DNA of 32,000 bases, from positions 780,001-812,000 of the forward strand of contig CP065016.1 of assembly GCA_016700375.1 (NCBI GenBank). Direction: 5' to 3'. A program made the translations under genes and the position numbers. Positions within the stretch are counted from its first letter, which is position 1. Each line of letters opens with the position of its first letter. The DNA is from Candidatus Saccharimonadota bacterium (GTDB lineage Bacteria > Patescibacteriota > Saccharimonadia > Saccharimonadales > UBA4665). The notes under the pieces were generated by a model. That model did not search any database. It worked only from the letters and a program-made list of their open reading frames with translations, and had not been told where the DNA came from. This document shows positions 15,881 to 23,800 of the stretch, in pieces.

Positions 15881-18800
15881 TTATTTTGACTTCCCGGGTG
15901 AAACCGGGACGTATTCGCGCCAGTGTTTGGGCTGAAGGTCGGCGAGGTTTGGGTCGGACAGGCAGCGAAGCAGCAAGCGGCCCGTTTCGGCATTGGTGAA
16001 AAGGGGAATATGGTTGTCTATGGCGAGGCGGCGCATGAGGTAGGCTTCGTCGCTTTTTTCTTCGCGTGAGGGAATGCTCACCATAAGGTCGAGTTTGTGG
16101 CTGCGAATGAGGTCGGCGAGGTTTGGTGTTTGTTTGCCCTGAACTTTATAGACTCGTTTGGTTTTTATGCCGTGTTCCTTCAGAAAGTCGTGCGTGCCGG
16201 GGGTAGTGTAGACGGTCCAGCCGCTTTCCGCCAGGCTACGAGCTTCCTCTATGAACTTGTACTTTTGCTCGTCGGCCAGGCTTATGAGCACACGCTTGCC
16301 CTCAATCTTCTGCTCGGTTGCGAGCCACGAGCGGTAAAAGGCAGTTTCTATCTCAGACCCAAAGCAGGCAACTTCTCCGGTAGAAGCCATTTCAACCCCT
16401 GCTACCGGGTCGGCGCCTTTCATACGGTTGTAAGAAAACTGCGGCGTTTTGACGCCCACGTGATCGAGGCTGAGCGTGAGGAATATTTCCGGGTGCGGCT
16501 GCCCAAGCATGGCTTCGGTCGCAATCTGAATAAAATTGTAGCCCGATACTTTCGACACAAACGGGAAAGAACGCGAGGCGCGCACGTTACACTCGATAAC
16601 CTTGAGTTCGTTGTCTTTGGCAATAAACTGAATGTTGAACGGCCCAGTTATGTCGAGGTTTTTTGCTACCTGCTTGGCGATGAGTTTGGCGCGTCGCACA
16701 GTTTCGAGGTACAGACGCTGGGCAGGGTAGACCACCGTGGCATCGCCCGAATGCACACCAGCATTCTCAACGTGTTCAGATATGGCATATATGACAAGAT
16801 GGCCGTTGAGGGCAACGCCGTCTATTTCGAGTTCTTTGGCGTTTTGGACAAACTGGGAAATCACCGTGGGGTGGTCGGGCGATAATTTCGTAGCCGCGGT
16901 AAGGTAGCGCTCCATTTCTGTTTCTGTGCGCACCACGCTCATTGCCCCGCCAGACAGCACATACGACGGCCGAATAAGCACCGGGTAGCCCACACGCACC
17001 GCAAATTTCTTTGCAGCCGACAGGGAAGTCACCTCTGTCCAATCTGGTTGGTCTATACCAAGTTGGTTCAGCATGGCGGAAAACTTCTGACGGTCTTCGG
17101 CCATATCAATCTTGAGCGGGGAAGTGCCAAGAATGGGGTAGCCGGCTTTGTGCAGGGGCAGGGCAAGGTTATTCGCAATCTGACCGCCCACCGACACAAC
17201 AATGCCACTTGGGTTTTCAAAGTCAGCAATGTCCTGGATGCGCTCAAACGTAAGGGCATCGAAGTACAGCCGGTCGGAGCGGTCGAAATCGGTCGAGACC
17301 GTTTCTGGGTTAGAGTTAACGATGATGGTTTTGTACCCGTTTTGGCGCAGTGTTTTGGCCGTATTTACCGCCGACCAGTCAAACTCAACTGATGAGCCAA
17401 TGGCATACGGACCCGAGCCGAGCACAATCGCCGTTTTGGCACCAAGCGGTTCAACATCGTGCACGGTACCATGATAAGTAAGGTACAAGTAGTTAGTTTC
17501 GGCGTCGAATTCCCCCGCAAGGGTGTCTATTTGCTTGATAACTGGCGTAATGCCGTGCTTGAGCCGAGTGCCGCGGACGGCCCGTTCTGTCTGGCCTGTC
17601 AGTGTGCCGATGACGCCGTCGCTAAAGCCCATTTTTTTGGCCTGACGCAAGCGTTCGGCAGTAAGTGAGGCACCAGCTAGCTGCCGCTCGGTGCCATAAA
17701 TGGCGGCAATGTGGTCAAGAAACCAACGGTCTATATGTGATGCTTCGTGGATTTGTTCGGTTGACACACCTTGCTTTAGAGCTTCGTAGATAGCAAACAG
17801 CCGACGGTCGGTCGGGTGCGTGACTTCATCCATGGGGTCAGAAATGTCGTACGGGTGCACACTCAGTCCGTGCGCGCCGATGTTCAGCATACGGGTTGCC
17901 TTCTGCAGCGCCTCTGGGAATGACCGGCCGAGCGCCATGACCTCGCCAACGCTTTTCATTTCGCTGCCTATGTGGTGGTCGCTGCTTTTGAGCTTTTGTA
18001 AATCCCAGCGCGGCATCTTTACGGCTAGATAATCGAGTGCCGGTTCGTAGAATGCCGACGTTTTGCCGGTGACGCTGTTTTTGATTTCGTACAGGCGCTT
18101 GCCAAGCATGAGTTTTGAGGCGACAAAGGCAAGCGGGTAGCCGGTAGCCTTGGAGGCAAGGGCGCTACTGCGACTTAGTCGGGCGTTGACCTCTATTACC
18201 CGGTATTCGCCATTCGAGGGGTGCAGGGCATACTGAATGTTACACTCACCGATGATGCCCAGGTGATTTATGGTGCGTATAGCCACCTCGCGCAGCATGT
18301 GGTATTCGTAATTCGTAAGGGTCTGCGACGGTGCCACCACAATGCTTTCGCCGGTGTGTACCCCCATGGGGTCAAAGTTTTCCATGTTGCACACGGTAAT
18401 GGTGTTGCCGTCGCAGTCGCGCACTACTTCGTACTCCACTTCTTTCCAGCCCACCAGATACTCCTCTATGAGCACTTGCGGTACGGCCGCCAATACTTCT
18501 TTGGCACGCGCTTTCAGCTGCGCCGGGGTATCTATGCGACCCGAGCCAAGCCCGCCAAGGCTAAAACCCGAACGCATCATGACTGGGTAGCCAAGCGTTT
18601 TCGCGGCAGTCAAGGCCGCTTCTACCGTTTCTGCCGTGAAACTGCGTGCAGTCTTGGTACCGATTTCGGCCAGAGCTTGCTTAAACAGTTCGCGGTCTTC
18701 GGTTGTTTCAATCACTTTTACCGGAGTACCCAGCACCCGAATGCCCAGTTTGTTCAAAATACCGCTTTTTTCAAGAGAAAGGCCAAGGTTGAGGGCGGTT

Positions 18801-19066
18801 TGGCCGCCAAAGCTAAGTGCAATGGCATCGGGTTTTTCGCGTTCCAGTATTTTGCTGACCGTTTCAACATTGAGCGGCTGGAAATAGACACGGTCGGCCA
18901 TATCGTCATCTGTTTGTACGGTGGCAATGTTTGGGTTTATGAGCACCGTCTCGATGCCCTCTTCCTTGAACGACTTTATGGCCTGTGAACCCGAATAATC
19001 AAATTCGCCAGCCTGACCAATACGCAGGCCTCCCGACCCAAGGACGACTACTTTTTGTATGCTCAT
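15881..19066 (-). CDS. carB: Carbamoyl-phosphate synthase large subunit
   Basis: 1061 aa with duplicated ATP-grasp halves and the N-terminus KVVVLGSGGLRIGQAGEFDYSGSQA. AGGAG lies 9 nt upstream of the ATG. Confidence 0.95.
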   Translation of the reverse strand: MSIQKVVVLGSGGLRIGQAGEFDYSGSQAIKSFKEEGIETVLINPNIATVQTDDDMADRVYFQPLNVETVSKILEREKPDAIALSFGGQTALNLGLSLEKSGILNKLGIRVLGTPVKVIETTEDRELFKQALAEIGTKTARSFTAETVEAALTAAKTLGYPVMMRSGFSLGGLGSGRIDTPAQLKARAKEVLAAVPQVLIEEYLVGWKEVEYEVVRDCDGNTITVCNMENFDPMGVHTGESIVVAPSQTLTNYEYHMLREVAIRTINHLGIIGECNIQYALHPSNGEYRVIEVNARLSRSSALASKATGYPLAFVASKLMLGKRLYEIKNSVTGKTSAFYEPALDYLAVKMPRWDLQKLKSSDHHIGSEMKSVGEVMALGRSFPEALQKATRMLNIGAHGLSVHPYDISDPMDEVTHPTDRRLFAIYEALKQGVSTEQIHEASHIDRWFLDHIAAIYGTERQLAGASLTAERLRQAKKMGFSDGVIGTLTGQTERAVRGTRLKHGITPVIKQIDTLAGEFDAETNYLYLTYHGTVHDVEPLGAKTAIVLGSGPYAIGSSVEFDWSAVNTAKTLRQNGYKTIIVNSNPETVSTDFDRSDRLYFDALTFERIQDIADFENPSGIVVSVGGQIANNLALPLHKAGYPILGTSPLKIDMAEDRQKFSAMLNQLGIDQPDWTEVTSLSAAKKFAVRVGYPVLIRPSYVLSGGAMSVVRTETEMERYLTAATKLSPDHPTVISQFVQNAKELEIDGVALNGHLVIYAISEHVENAGVHSGDATVVYPAQRLYLETVRRAKLIAKQVAKNLDITGPFNIQFIAKDNELKVIECNVRASRSFPFVSKVSGYNFIQIATEAMLGQPHPEIFLTLSLDHVGVKTPQFSYNRMKGADPVAGVEMASTGEVACFGSEIETAFYRSWLATEQKIEGKRVLISLADEQKYKFIEEARSLAESGWTVYTTPGTHDFLKEHGIKTKRVYKVQGKQTPNLADLIRSHKLDLMVSIPSREEKSDEAYLMRRLAIDNHIPLFTNAETGRLLLRCLSDPNLADLQPKHWREYVPVSPGKSK

Positions 19067-19094
19067 GTGCTCTGCTCCTGTAGACTGCCTGGCT

Positions 19095-19180
19095 TGTCAT
19101 GCTGAACTTGTTTCAGCATCCATGCCATGTCACGGACGCCACTCCTGCCGTATGGATCCTGAAACAAGTTCAGGATGACA
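19095..19180. repeat. Long inverted repeat (29-nt arms, 2 mismatches, 28-nt loop) in the carA-carB spacer
   Basis: TGTCATGCTGAACTTGTTTCAGCATCCAT ... ATGGATCCTGAAACAAGTTCAGGATGACA. Confidence 0.8.
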
Positions 19181-19196
19181 GGAGAGGGTACATTTT

Positions 19197-20300
19197 TCAT
19201 AGCATAGCTCCAAAGTCTTTGAACAAATTGCCGGAGTCGGTCGGGCCAGGACAGGCCTCTGGATGGAACTGTACCGAAAAATACGGCTTGGTTTTGTGGG
19301 CAATACCTTCGACCGAGTTGTCGTTGAGGTTGCGGTAGCTGACACGCCAATCTTTGGGCAGTGTTTTTTCGTCTATGGCATAGCCATGGTTTTGGCTGGT
19401 GATAACACAGCGCTTGGTAGCGTCCTCCTGACACGGTTGGTTGTGGCCGCGGTGGCCAAACTTGAGCTTGTAGGTTGTACCGCCGGCCGCCAGTGCCATA
19501 ATTTGGTTGCCCAAACATATGCCGAAGAGCGGCTTGCCCTGCGCAAGTATTTTTTTGGTTATTGCGATGGTTTCGGTGTAGTCCGCAGGGTCGCCTGGGC
19601 CGCTCGAAAGTACCACGCCGTCGTATATTTCACCTGAGTAGTCATAATTATATGGGACGCGTTTCACTTCACAGTCAAGCGCAAGCAGGGAACGCAAAAT
19701 GTTTTCCTTAAGGCCGCAGTCAACCAAAATGACCTTTTTCTTGCCCGCGCCAGCGTTGTACGCCACTGGTTCTGATATGGATATGGTGGGAATGGCAACC
19801 GCTTTTGGCAGCGCGGTGGCCGTCGCACTAATAGAGCCCGCCATAACACCTCTTGTGCGCAGATACTTCGTGAGCGCCCGGGTGTCTACGCCGGTGAGCA
19901 GGGGAATATTCTGACTCTGAAGCCACTCTGGCAGTGACTGTTGCCCGCCCGCGTGACTCCAGTGAGGTGCTAGGTCACTCATGATAACGCCGCGCACCTG
20001 TATGCGGTCAGATTCTGCCGCCGTGAGGTCAACACCGTAATTACCAATGAGCGGATAAGTAAATACCAAAATTTGTCCCGCAAACGACGGGTCAGTCAGC
20101 GCCTCAACGTAGCCAGTCATACCGGTACTAAACACAACCTCGCCGTCATAGGTGCCGGTCTGCCAGTCTGGCATGCTGCCTGCAAACACGGTTCCGTCGC
20201 TCAGTGTCAGCCGCCCTGGTTTTTGGCTAAAAAAAACGTTCCTTTCGGAACGGCGAACGTGCATGTTTTGACTATGTGTTTTGAGTAGGTTTTTCTCCAT
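19197..20300 (-). CDS. carA: Carbamoyl-phosphate synthase small (glutaminase) subunit
   Basis: LTLSDGTVFAGS..GEVVFSTGMTGYVEALTDPSFAGQILVFTYPLIGNYGV, plus the GATase region GICLGNQ and HGYAI. The start is ATG 20300 or 20264. The track's extension to 20540 overlaps the divergent promoter region. Confidence 0.85.
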   Translation of the reverse strand: MEKNLLKTHSQNMHVRRSERNVFFSQKPGRLTLSDGTVFAGSMPDWQTGTYDGEVVFSTGMTGYVEALTDPSFAGQILVFTYPLIGNYGVDLTAAESDRIQVRGVIMSDLAPHWSHAGGQQSLPEWLQSQNIPLLTGVDTRALTKYLRTRGVMAGSISATATALPKAVAIPTISISEPVAYNAGAGKKKVILVDCGLKENILRSLLALDCEVKRVPYNYDYSGEIYDGVVLSSGPGDPADYTETIAITKKILAQGKPLFGICLGNQIMALAAGGTTYKLKFGHRGHNQPCQEDATKRCVITSQNHGYAIDEKTLPKDWRVSYRNLNDNSVEGIAHKTKPYFSVQFHPEACPGPTDSGNLFKDFGAML

Positions 20301-20472
20301 GCTTGCTAGTAAATCTACCAGATAGTTACCATGCTTGCAACCCTCGACATCAGAGCGAACAGGGGGTACGCAAGTTAAATTTACGACAATGGCTTGCGCC
20401 TCTCGCCCCCAGCTTTCGATGTTACGTAAGCAAGACAAAACACCTCTCTTAGGTTTAGGGTATGATGTCTTC

Positions 20473-21795
20473 ATGAATAAACAGCATCTGTTCGCAATTA
20501 TAGTTATCATTGCGGCAACTTTAGGAGGAATATATTTCATGAACTATCAGTTTAAGCCAAGCAAACAGCGCGTTATTGTTGTTGGGGCCGGTATATCTGG
20601 GCTGACTGCCGCGCATGAGCTACACAAAGACGGTCATGAGGTGATTGTACTGGAGGCAAAAGATGCCATAGGCGGGCGGATTCAGTCAACAAATGTTGCC
20701 GGGCAAACCTACCAGCTGGGTGCGTCGTTTATACACGGTAACCAGAAAAATCCTGTCGCTGCGCTGCTTGAAAGTGAAGGTGCCAATATGGAGAAGGTAA
20801 ATTTTGATAGCATAGTTGTTTACAAAAATGGTGTAAAGACAGAGGTTGATGATGACCTAGAGCCATTCTTCAGCTTTGTTGATTCGAAAAAATATTCACT
20901 CAAAAAAGACCAGTCACTGCTCGACACATGGAATTCATTTGGGAAAACTCACAGCGGCAACAACGATGAGCTCCTGTACCGCCTCAAAATAGATACGCAA
21001 ACTGAAGTTGGCGCTGATATTGCTGATATCTCGACGACTCAGTACGATGAGGAAGATGAGTTTAGGGGCGGGGATTATTTAGTGACTGGCGACTACACAA
21101 CAGCTATAAAGAAGCTGGCAGAAGGTATAGATATTCGCCTTAACCATATTGTTACCAAAGTGAAAGATACCGGCTCGGAGGTAGTAGTTACCGCAAAAGA
21201 TGATAAAACGTTCGCCGCTGATGCTGTGGTAGTGACGTTGCCACTTGGGGTGCTACAAAAAGGGAGCGTTACGTTTGAGCCGCAACTACCCAAAGATAAA
21301 CGTACAGCAATTCAAAGCCTAAAAATGGGCAACTTGCATAAAACCTTCCTTACGTTTGACCAAATATTTTGGGATGGTGCAACCACCATAGGAATTATGC
21401 GCGGCGATGGAACAAAATGGGGCGAGTTCATAAACCTCGCGCCAGCTACAGGTAAGCCCACACTGCTTGCCCTCCATGGGGGGAACGATGCAACGTCCCT
21501 TGAAGGCTTGAGCGACGAAGCAATTGGCAGTCAAGCCTACGAGGCGCTCGCGAGCGCCTATACTCGCGCCACCCGTCCAAATGTAGTCGTGACAAGCAAA
21601 TGGTATGCCGACCCTTTTACTCTCGGCAGCTACTCATATGTGCCACCTGGGGCGTCACTTAAGATGTATGATACGATTGCGGAGCCCTACGGTCGAATAC
21701 ACTTTGCGGGGGAACACACTAGTAGCCTATACCCGTCAACAACGCACGGTGCATATCTTTCTGGCAAGCGTGCAGCTCGAGAGATTGCGCGGTAA
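20473..21795 (+). CDS. Flavin-containing amine oxidase family protein with N-terminal membrane anchor
   Basis: The TM helix LFAIIVIIAATLGGIYFM is followed by the dinucleotide-binding motif VIVVGAGISGLTAAHEL..VIVLEAKDAIGGRI and the C-terminal motif FAGEHTS. The ATG at 20473 lies 6 nt after TATGAT. Confidence 0.8.
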   Translation: MNKQHLFAIIVIIAATLGGIYFMNYQFKPSKQRVIVVGAGISGLTAAHELHKDGHEVIVLEAKDAIGGRIQSTNVAGQTYQLGASFIHGNQKNPVAALLESEGANMEKVNFDSIVVYKNGVKTEVDDDLEPFFSFVDSKKYSLKKDQSLLDTWNSFGKTHSGNNDELLYRLKIDTQTEVGADIADISTTQYDEEDEFRGGDYLVTGDYTTAIKKLAEGIDIRLNHIVTKVKDTGSEVVVTAKDDKTFAADAVVVTLPLGVLQKGSVTFEPQLPKDKRTAIQSLKMGNLHKTFLTFDQIFWDGATTIGIMRGDGTKWGEFINLAPATGKPTLLALHGGNDATSLEGLSDEAIGSQAYEALASAYTRATRPNVVVTSKWYADPFTLGSYSYVPPGASLKMYDTIAEPYGRIHFAGEHTSSLYPSTTHGAYLSGKRAAREIAR

Positions 21796-21806
21796 GCGCA
21801 TTTTCT

Positions 21807-21931
21807 TGGCGGAGGGGGAGGGATTCGCCTCGGGCCTTCTGCCTGACCACTCAGATTGCCACCGGCAATCTTCGGGCTTCGGGGCGGGGAGTGCCACAGG
21901 CACTCCCGTTCTCATCCCGTCCCAGGTCAAA
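21807..21931 (-). other. tRNA-Ser(CGA) 3'-end copy (T-arm and acceptor, 3-nt T-loop deletion) preceded by two perfect hairpins
   Basis: 21807-21827 matches 21966-21986 at 20/21, then continues with CCTCG after a missing AAC. Hairpins lie at 21854-21870 (7 bp) and 21887-21907 (9 bp). No 5' acceptor strand is present, so it is not a tRNA. Confidence 0.55.
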
Positions 21932-21932
21932 T

Positions 21933-21962
21933 AAAAAAGCCCGCCTTTTGGCGGGCTTTTTT
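21933..21962. terminator. Bidirectional rho-independent terminator
   Basis: aaaaaAGCCCGCCttttGGCGGGCTttttt. Confidence 0.8.
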
Positions 21963-21965
21963 ATT

Positions 21966-22057
21966 TGGCGGAGAGGGAGGGATTCGAACCCTCGATAGAG
22001 TTGCCCCTATACTACATTTCGAGTGTAGCGCACTAGACCGGACTATGCGACCTCTCC
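21966..22057 (-). tRNA. tRNA-Ser (anticodon CGA), CCA encoded
   Basis: The 92-nt cloverleaf was read by hand: acceptor GGAGAGG/CCTCTCC, anticodon loop CTCGAAA, long variable arm, T-loop GGTTCGAATCC. Confidence 0.9.
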
Positions 22058-22083
22058 ACGATTAAAGAAGGGCTCACCCCTCT

Positions 22084-22114
22084 GAAGTAATTTAGAATAA
22101 ATCTAAATTACTTC
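22084..22114. repeat. AT-rich perfect hairpin (13-bp stem, 5-nt loop), function unknown
   Basis: GAAGTAATTTAGA-ataaa-TCTAAATTACTTC. Confidence 0.6.
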
Positions 22115-22237
22115 ACTCCCCCTAAAGCTCACCTCACGGCTCGTTCGCTTCGCTCAAACAACAAAGACTTCAGGTTGGCCATACATAGTGTAACAGATTG
22201 AAGATGATATTTCAGGCTAGCCACTGAACAAAAAATG

Positions 22238-22246
22238 TGCTACAAT
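22238..22246 (+). promoter_or_regulatory. Extended -10 (TGcTACAAT) about 165 nt upstream of tRNA-Arg
   Basis: aaaaaTGTGCTACAATcacc. Confidence 0.4.
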
Positions 22247-22252
22247 CACCCC

Positions 22253-22412
22253 TGTTCTCGCCGAGTTTTATTTGGCGTTTCCGAAATTTCAAACCAGGGA
22301 GCGAAGTCGACCGTTTGAAATTTCGAGAGGAGCAACCGGCCGAGACTGAAGCTCGACGAAAGAAGATTTATCTTGTTTCGTCGCAGCGGAAGTCGTTGCC
22401 GAGTTGCGACGA
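22253..22412 (+). ncRNA. Structured, non-coding ~160-nt leader or small RNA immediately 5' of tRNA-Arg
   Basis: A 13-bp perfect stem (22282-22294 with 22313-22325) and a second stem CGACGAAA/TTTCGTCG (22354-22383). The overlapping track ORFs on both strands run into the tRNA. Confidence 0.3.
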
Positions 22413-22489
22413 GCACCCGTAGCTCAGCTGGATAGAGCGTTGGCTTGCGGAGCCAAAGGTCGTAGGTTCGAATCCTGTCGGGTGTACCA
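22413..22489 (+). tRNA. tRNA-Arg (anticodon GCG), CCA encoded
   Basis: 77-nt cloverleaf with anticodon stem TTGGC/GCCAA and loop TTGCGGA. Confidence 0.9.
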
Positions 22490-22496
22490 AGAAAAG

Positions 22497-22521
22497 AGTC
22501 CATCGTAAGATGGGCTTTTTT
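22497..22521 (+). terminator. Rho-independent terminator after tRNA-Arg
   Basis: AGTCCATCgtaaGATGGGCTttttt. Confidence 0.75.
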
Positions 22522-22533
22522 CTTGATTATTCC

Positions 22534-23609
22534 GAGTTATAGGCAAAAACGTGTTGGTTTTCTCCCCTCGCTTCGTGTATAAAGGTACCAATTAACAAGC
22601 ACTCGTTGGTGCTCACGAGACATGCCTCTATGGTACTTTAGTTTGGTTCGGATTTGGCTGTTCATGCCACCCTCAACATGGTTTGTGGTGCTTGGCAGTT
22701 CTGCGTGTGGTCGGTAGCTTGAACGAAGCGCATCATCTGTGACTTTATCGAGCTGACGGTAGGCACTACGGAGTCGTTCGTGGGTGTACCGCCAGCTCCT
22801 TTCTCTTGGTTTTGGGTAAGGTTTTACGGTTCGTTCGTTGACATAGTTTTGGTGCCGCTTGTACCAACGTCTTAGTCTTTGTTTCCAGTGCCTGGCATGT
22901 TTTCGTGTCCTAACATGGAGCAAATCTTTGGTGAGTACGAGCAGCTCTTTTCCTGCAATTGACTCAGGATGCAGTGTCAGTTTTGTTTTTACATTAAGCC
23001 AGATATGGAATCGACAGCGCTGGACGATCGTACCAGGCCAACAGAGGGGAAGAGCCTTCAGGAGGCCTTTCTGGCCGTCACAAACAACGTAGGTAGGTGC
23101 AGGCAGTGAGGCGAGGAACGTGGCCCAGTATGTACTACTTTCGTATGGTACCCACATCCAGGCAATAACAAACATAGTCGTTCGGGCAATGAGGCAGACG
23201 TGGCCGCTAACACGGATGCCATCAACGATGACACAGTGATGACATTCACCCCTCAGCACACTCGGCACGGGCACGCCCCAGCACCAGGCAGTCTGGTCAC
23301 GAAACGTTCGGCTAGCCGCAGCTAAGTCGTCCTGAGAATCCTTGCCGAGCAACCAAGACATGAATCCCTCAAACACAAACACTCGCCGTAAGTCTGGTCG
23401 TGGCTTTGTGGCTGTGAGGCTACACACAGGACACCTCCATCGCTGCTTCCCAGCACCTGTCTTGCCCCATTTCTGGAGCTTAGTTTTACACACACGACAA
23501 TAGCGAAAACCTCTCTGTTTCATAGGTAAGTAATGTCTACCGACATTACTTATGAGTCAATAACAGAGGTAAAAGTGGTGAAACACCAACACGAGGGTGC
23601 CTATAACTC
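22534..23609 (-). mobile_element. IS element copy 2 (1076 bp) with 8-bp target-site duplication ATTATTCC
   Basis: Same sequence as 14575..15650. ATTATTCC is found at 22526-22533 and at 23610-23617. Confidence 0.92.
22537..23523 (-). CDS. DDE transposase (identical to the 14578..15564 product)
   Basis: The 328-aa translations in the track are identical. Confidence 0.88.
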   Translation of the reverse strand: MKQRGFRYCRVCKTKLQKWGKTGAGKQRWRCPVCSLTATKPRPDLRRVFVFEGFMSWLLGKDSQDDLAAASRTFRDQTAWCWGVPVPSVLRGECHHCVIVDGIRVSGHVCLIARTTMFVIAWMWVPYESSTYWATFLASLPAPTYVVCDGQKGLLKALPLCWPGTIVQRCRFHIWLNVKTKLTLHPESIAGKELLVLTKDLLHVRTRKHARHWKQRLRRWYKRHQNYVNERTVKPYPKPRERSWRYTHERLRSAYRQLDKVTDDALRSSYRPHAELPSTTNHVEGGMNSQIRTKLKYHRGMSREHQRVLVNWYLYTRSEGRKPTRFCL

Positions 23610-23655
23610 ATTATTCCGGAGGTTTGGGGCTACGACCAACGAACGAAGTGAGTGT

Positions 23656-23746
23656 AGGTCGTAGGTTCGTACAGGAATGAGCGTACAGGTGCTTGCACCG
23701 AAAAGCGAGTTCCGTGCAAGCGTAGCACATCCTGGCGGGTGTAGCA
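23656..23746 (+). other. tRNA-Arg 3'-half copy split in the T-loop by a 59-nt insert
   Basis: AGGTCGTAGGTTCG (14/14 against 22457-22470), then 59 nt, then ATCCTGGCGGGTGTAGCA (16/18 against 22472-22489). The insert contains the stem GCTTGCAC/GTGCAAGC. Confidence 0.6.
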
Positions 23747-23800
23747 GATAAACCTCAATACCCATAAACAAAGCTGGGACGGACACGGCCCTCAGCCGTT

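Noticed and set aside
16097-18988. Large plus-strand ORFs (262 aa and 255 aa) opposite carB.
   Set aside because: They are antisense shadow ORFs within carB. Their composition is low-complexity and Arg/Gly/Val-biased, with no start-site signals.
20301-20540. N-terminal 80-codon extension of carA in the ORF track.
   Set aside because: CarA homology starts near ..LTLSDGTVFAG. The extension overlaps the divergent amine-oxidase promoter and start, and has no CarA-like sequence.
21807-21900. A possible fourth tRNA-Ser gene, or tmRNA/SRP RNA, on the minus strand.
   Set aside because: Only the 3' ~29 nt resemble a tRNA. No 5' acceptor strand (GGAGGGG), D-arm or anticodon arm could be built. I found no convincing SRP domain IV or tmRNA features.
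22237-22503. ORFs 22237..22422 (+) and 22246..22503 (-) overlapping tRNA-Arg.
   Set aside because: Both read through the tRNA gene and the structured leader, so they are not credible as CDS.
14575-23617. Interpretation as a bona fide composite transposon that moved as a unit.
   Set aside because: The outer flanks (cacattgg on the left, ATTATTCC on the right) are not a duplication. Copy 2 has its own private TSD, so the two IS copies inserted independently.
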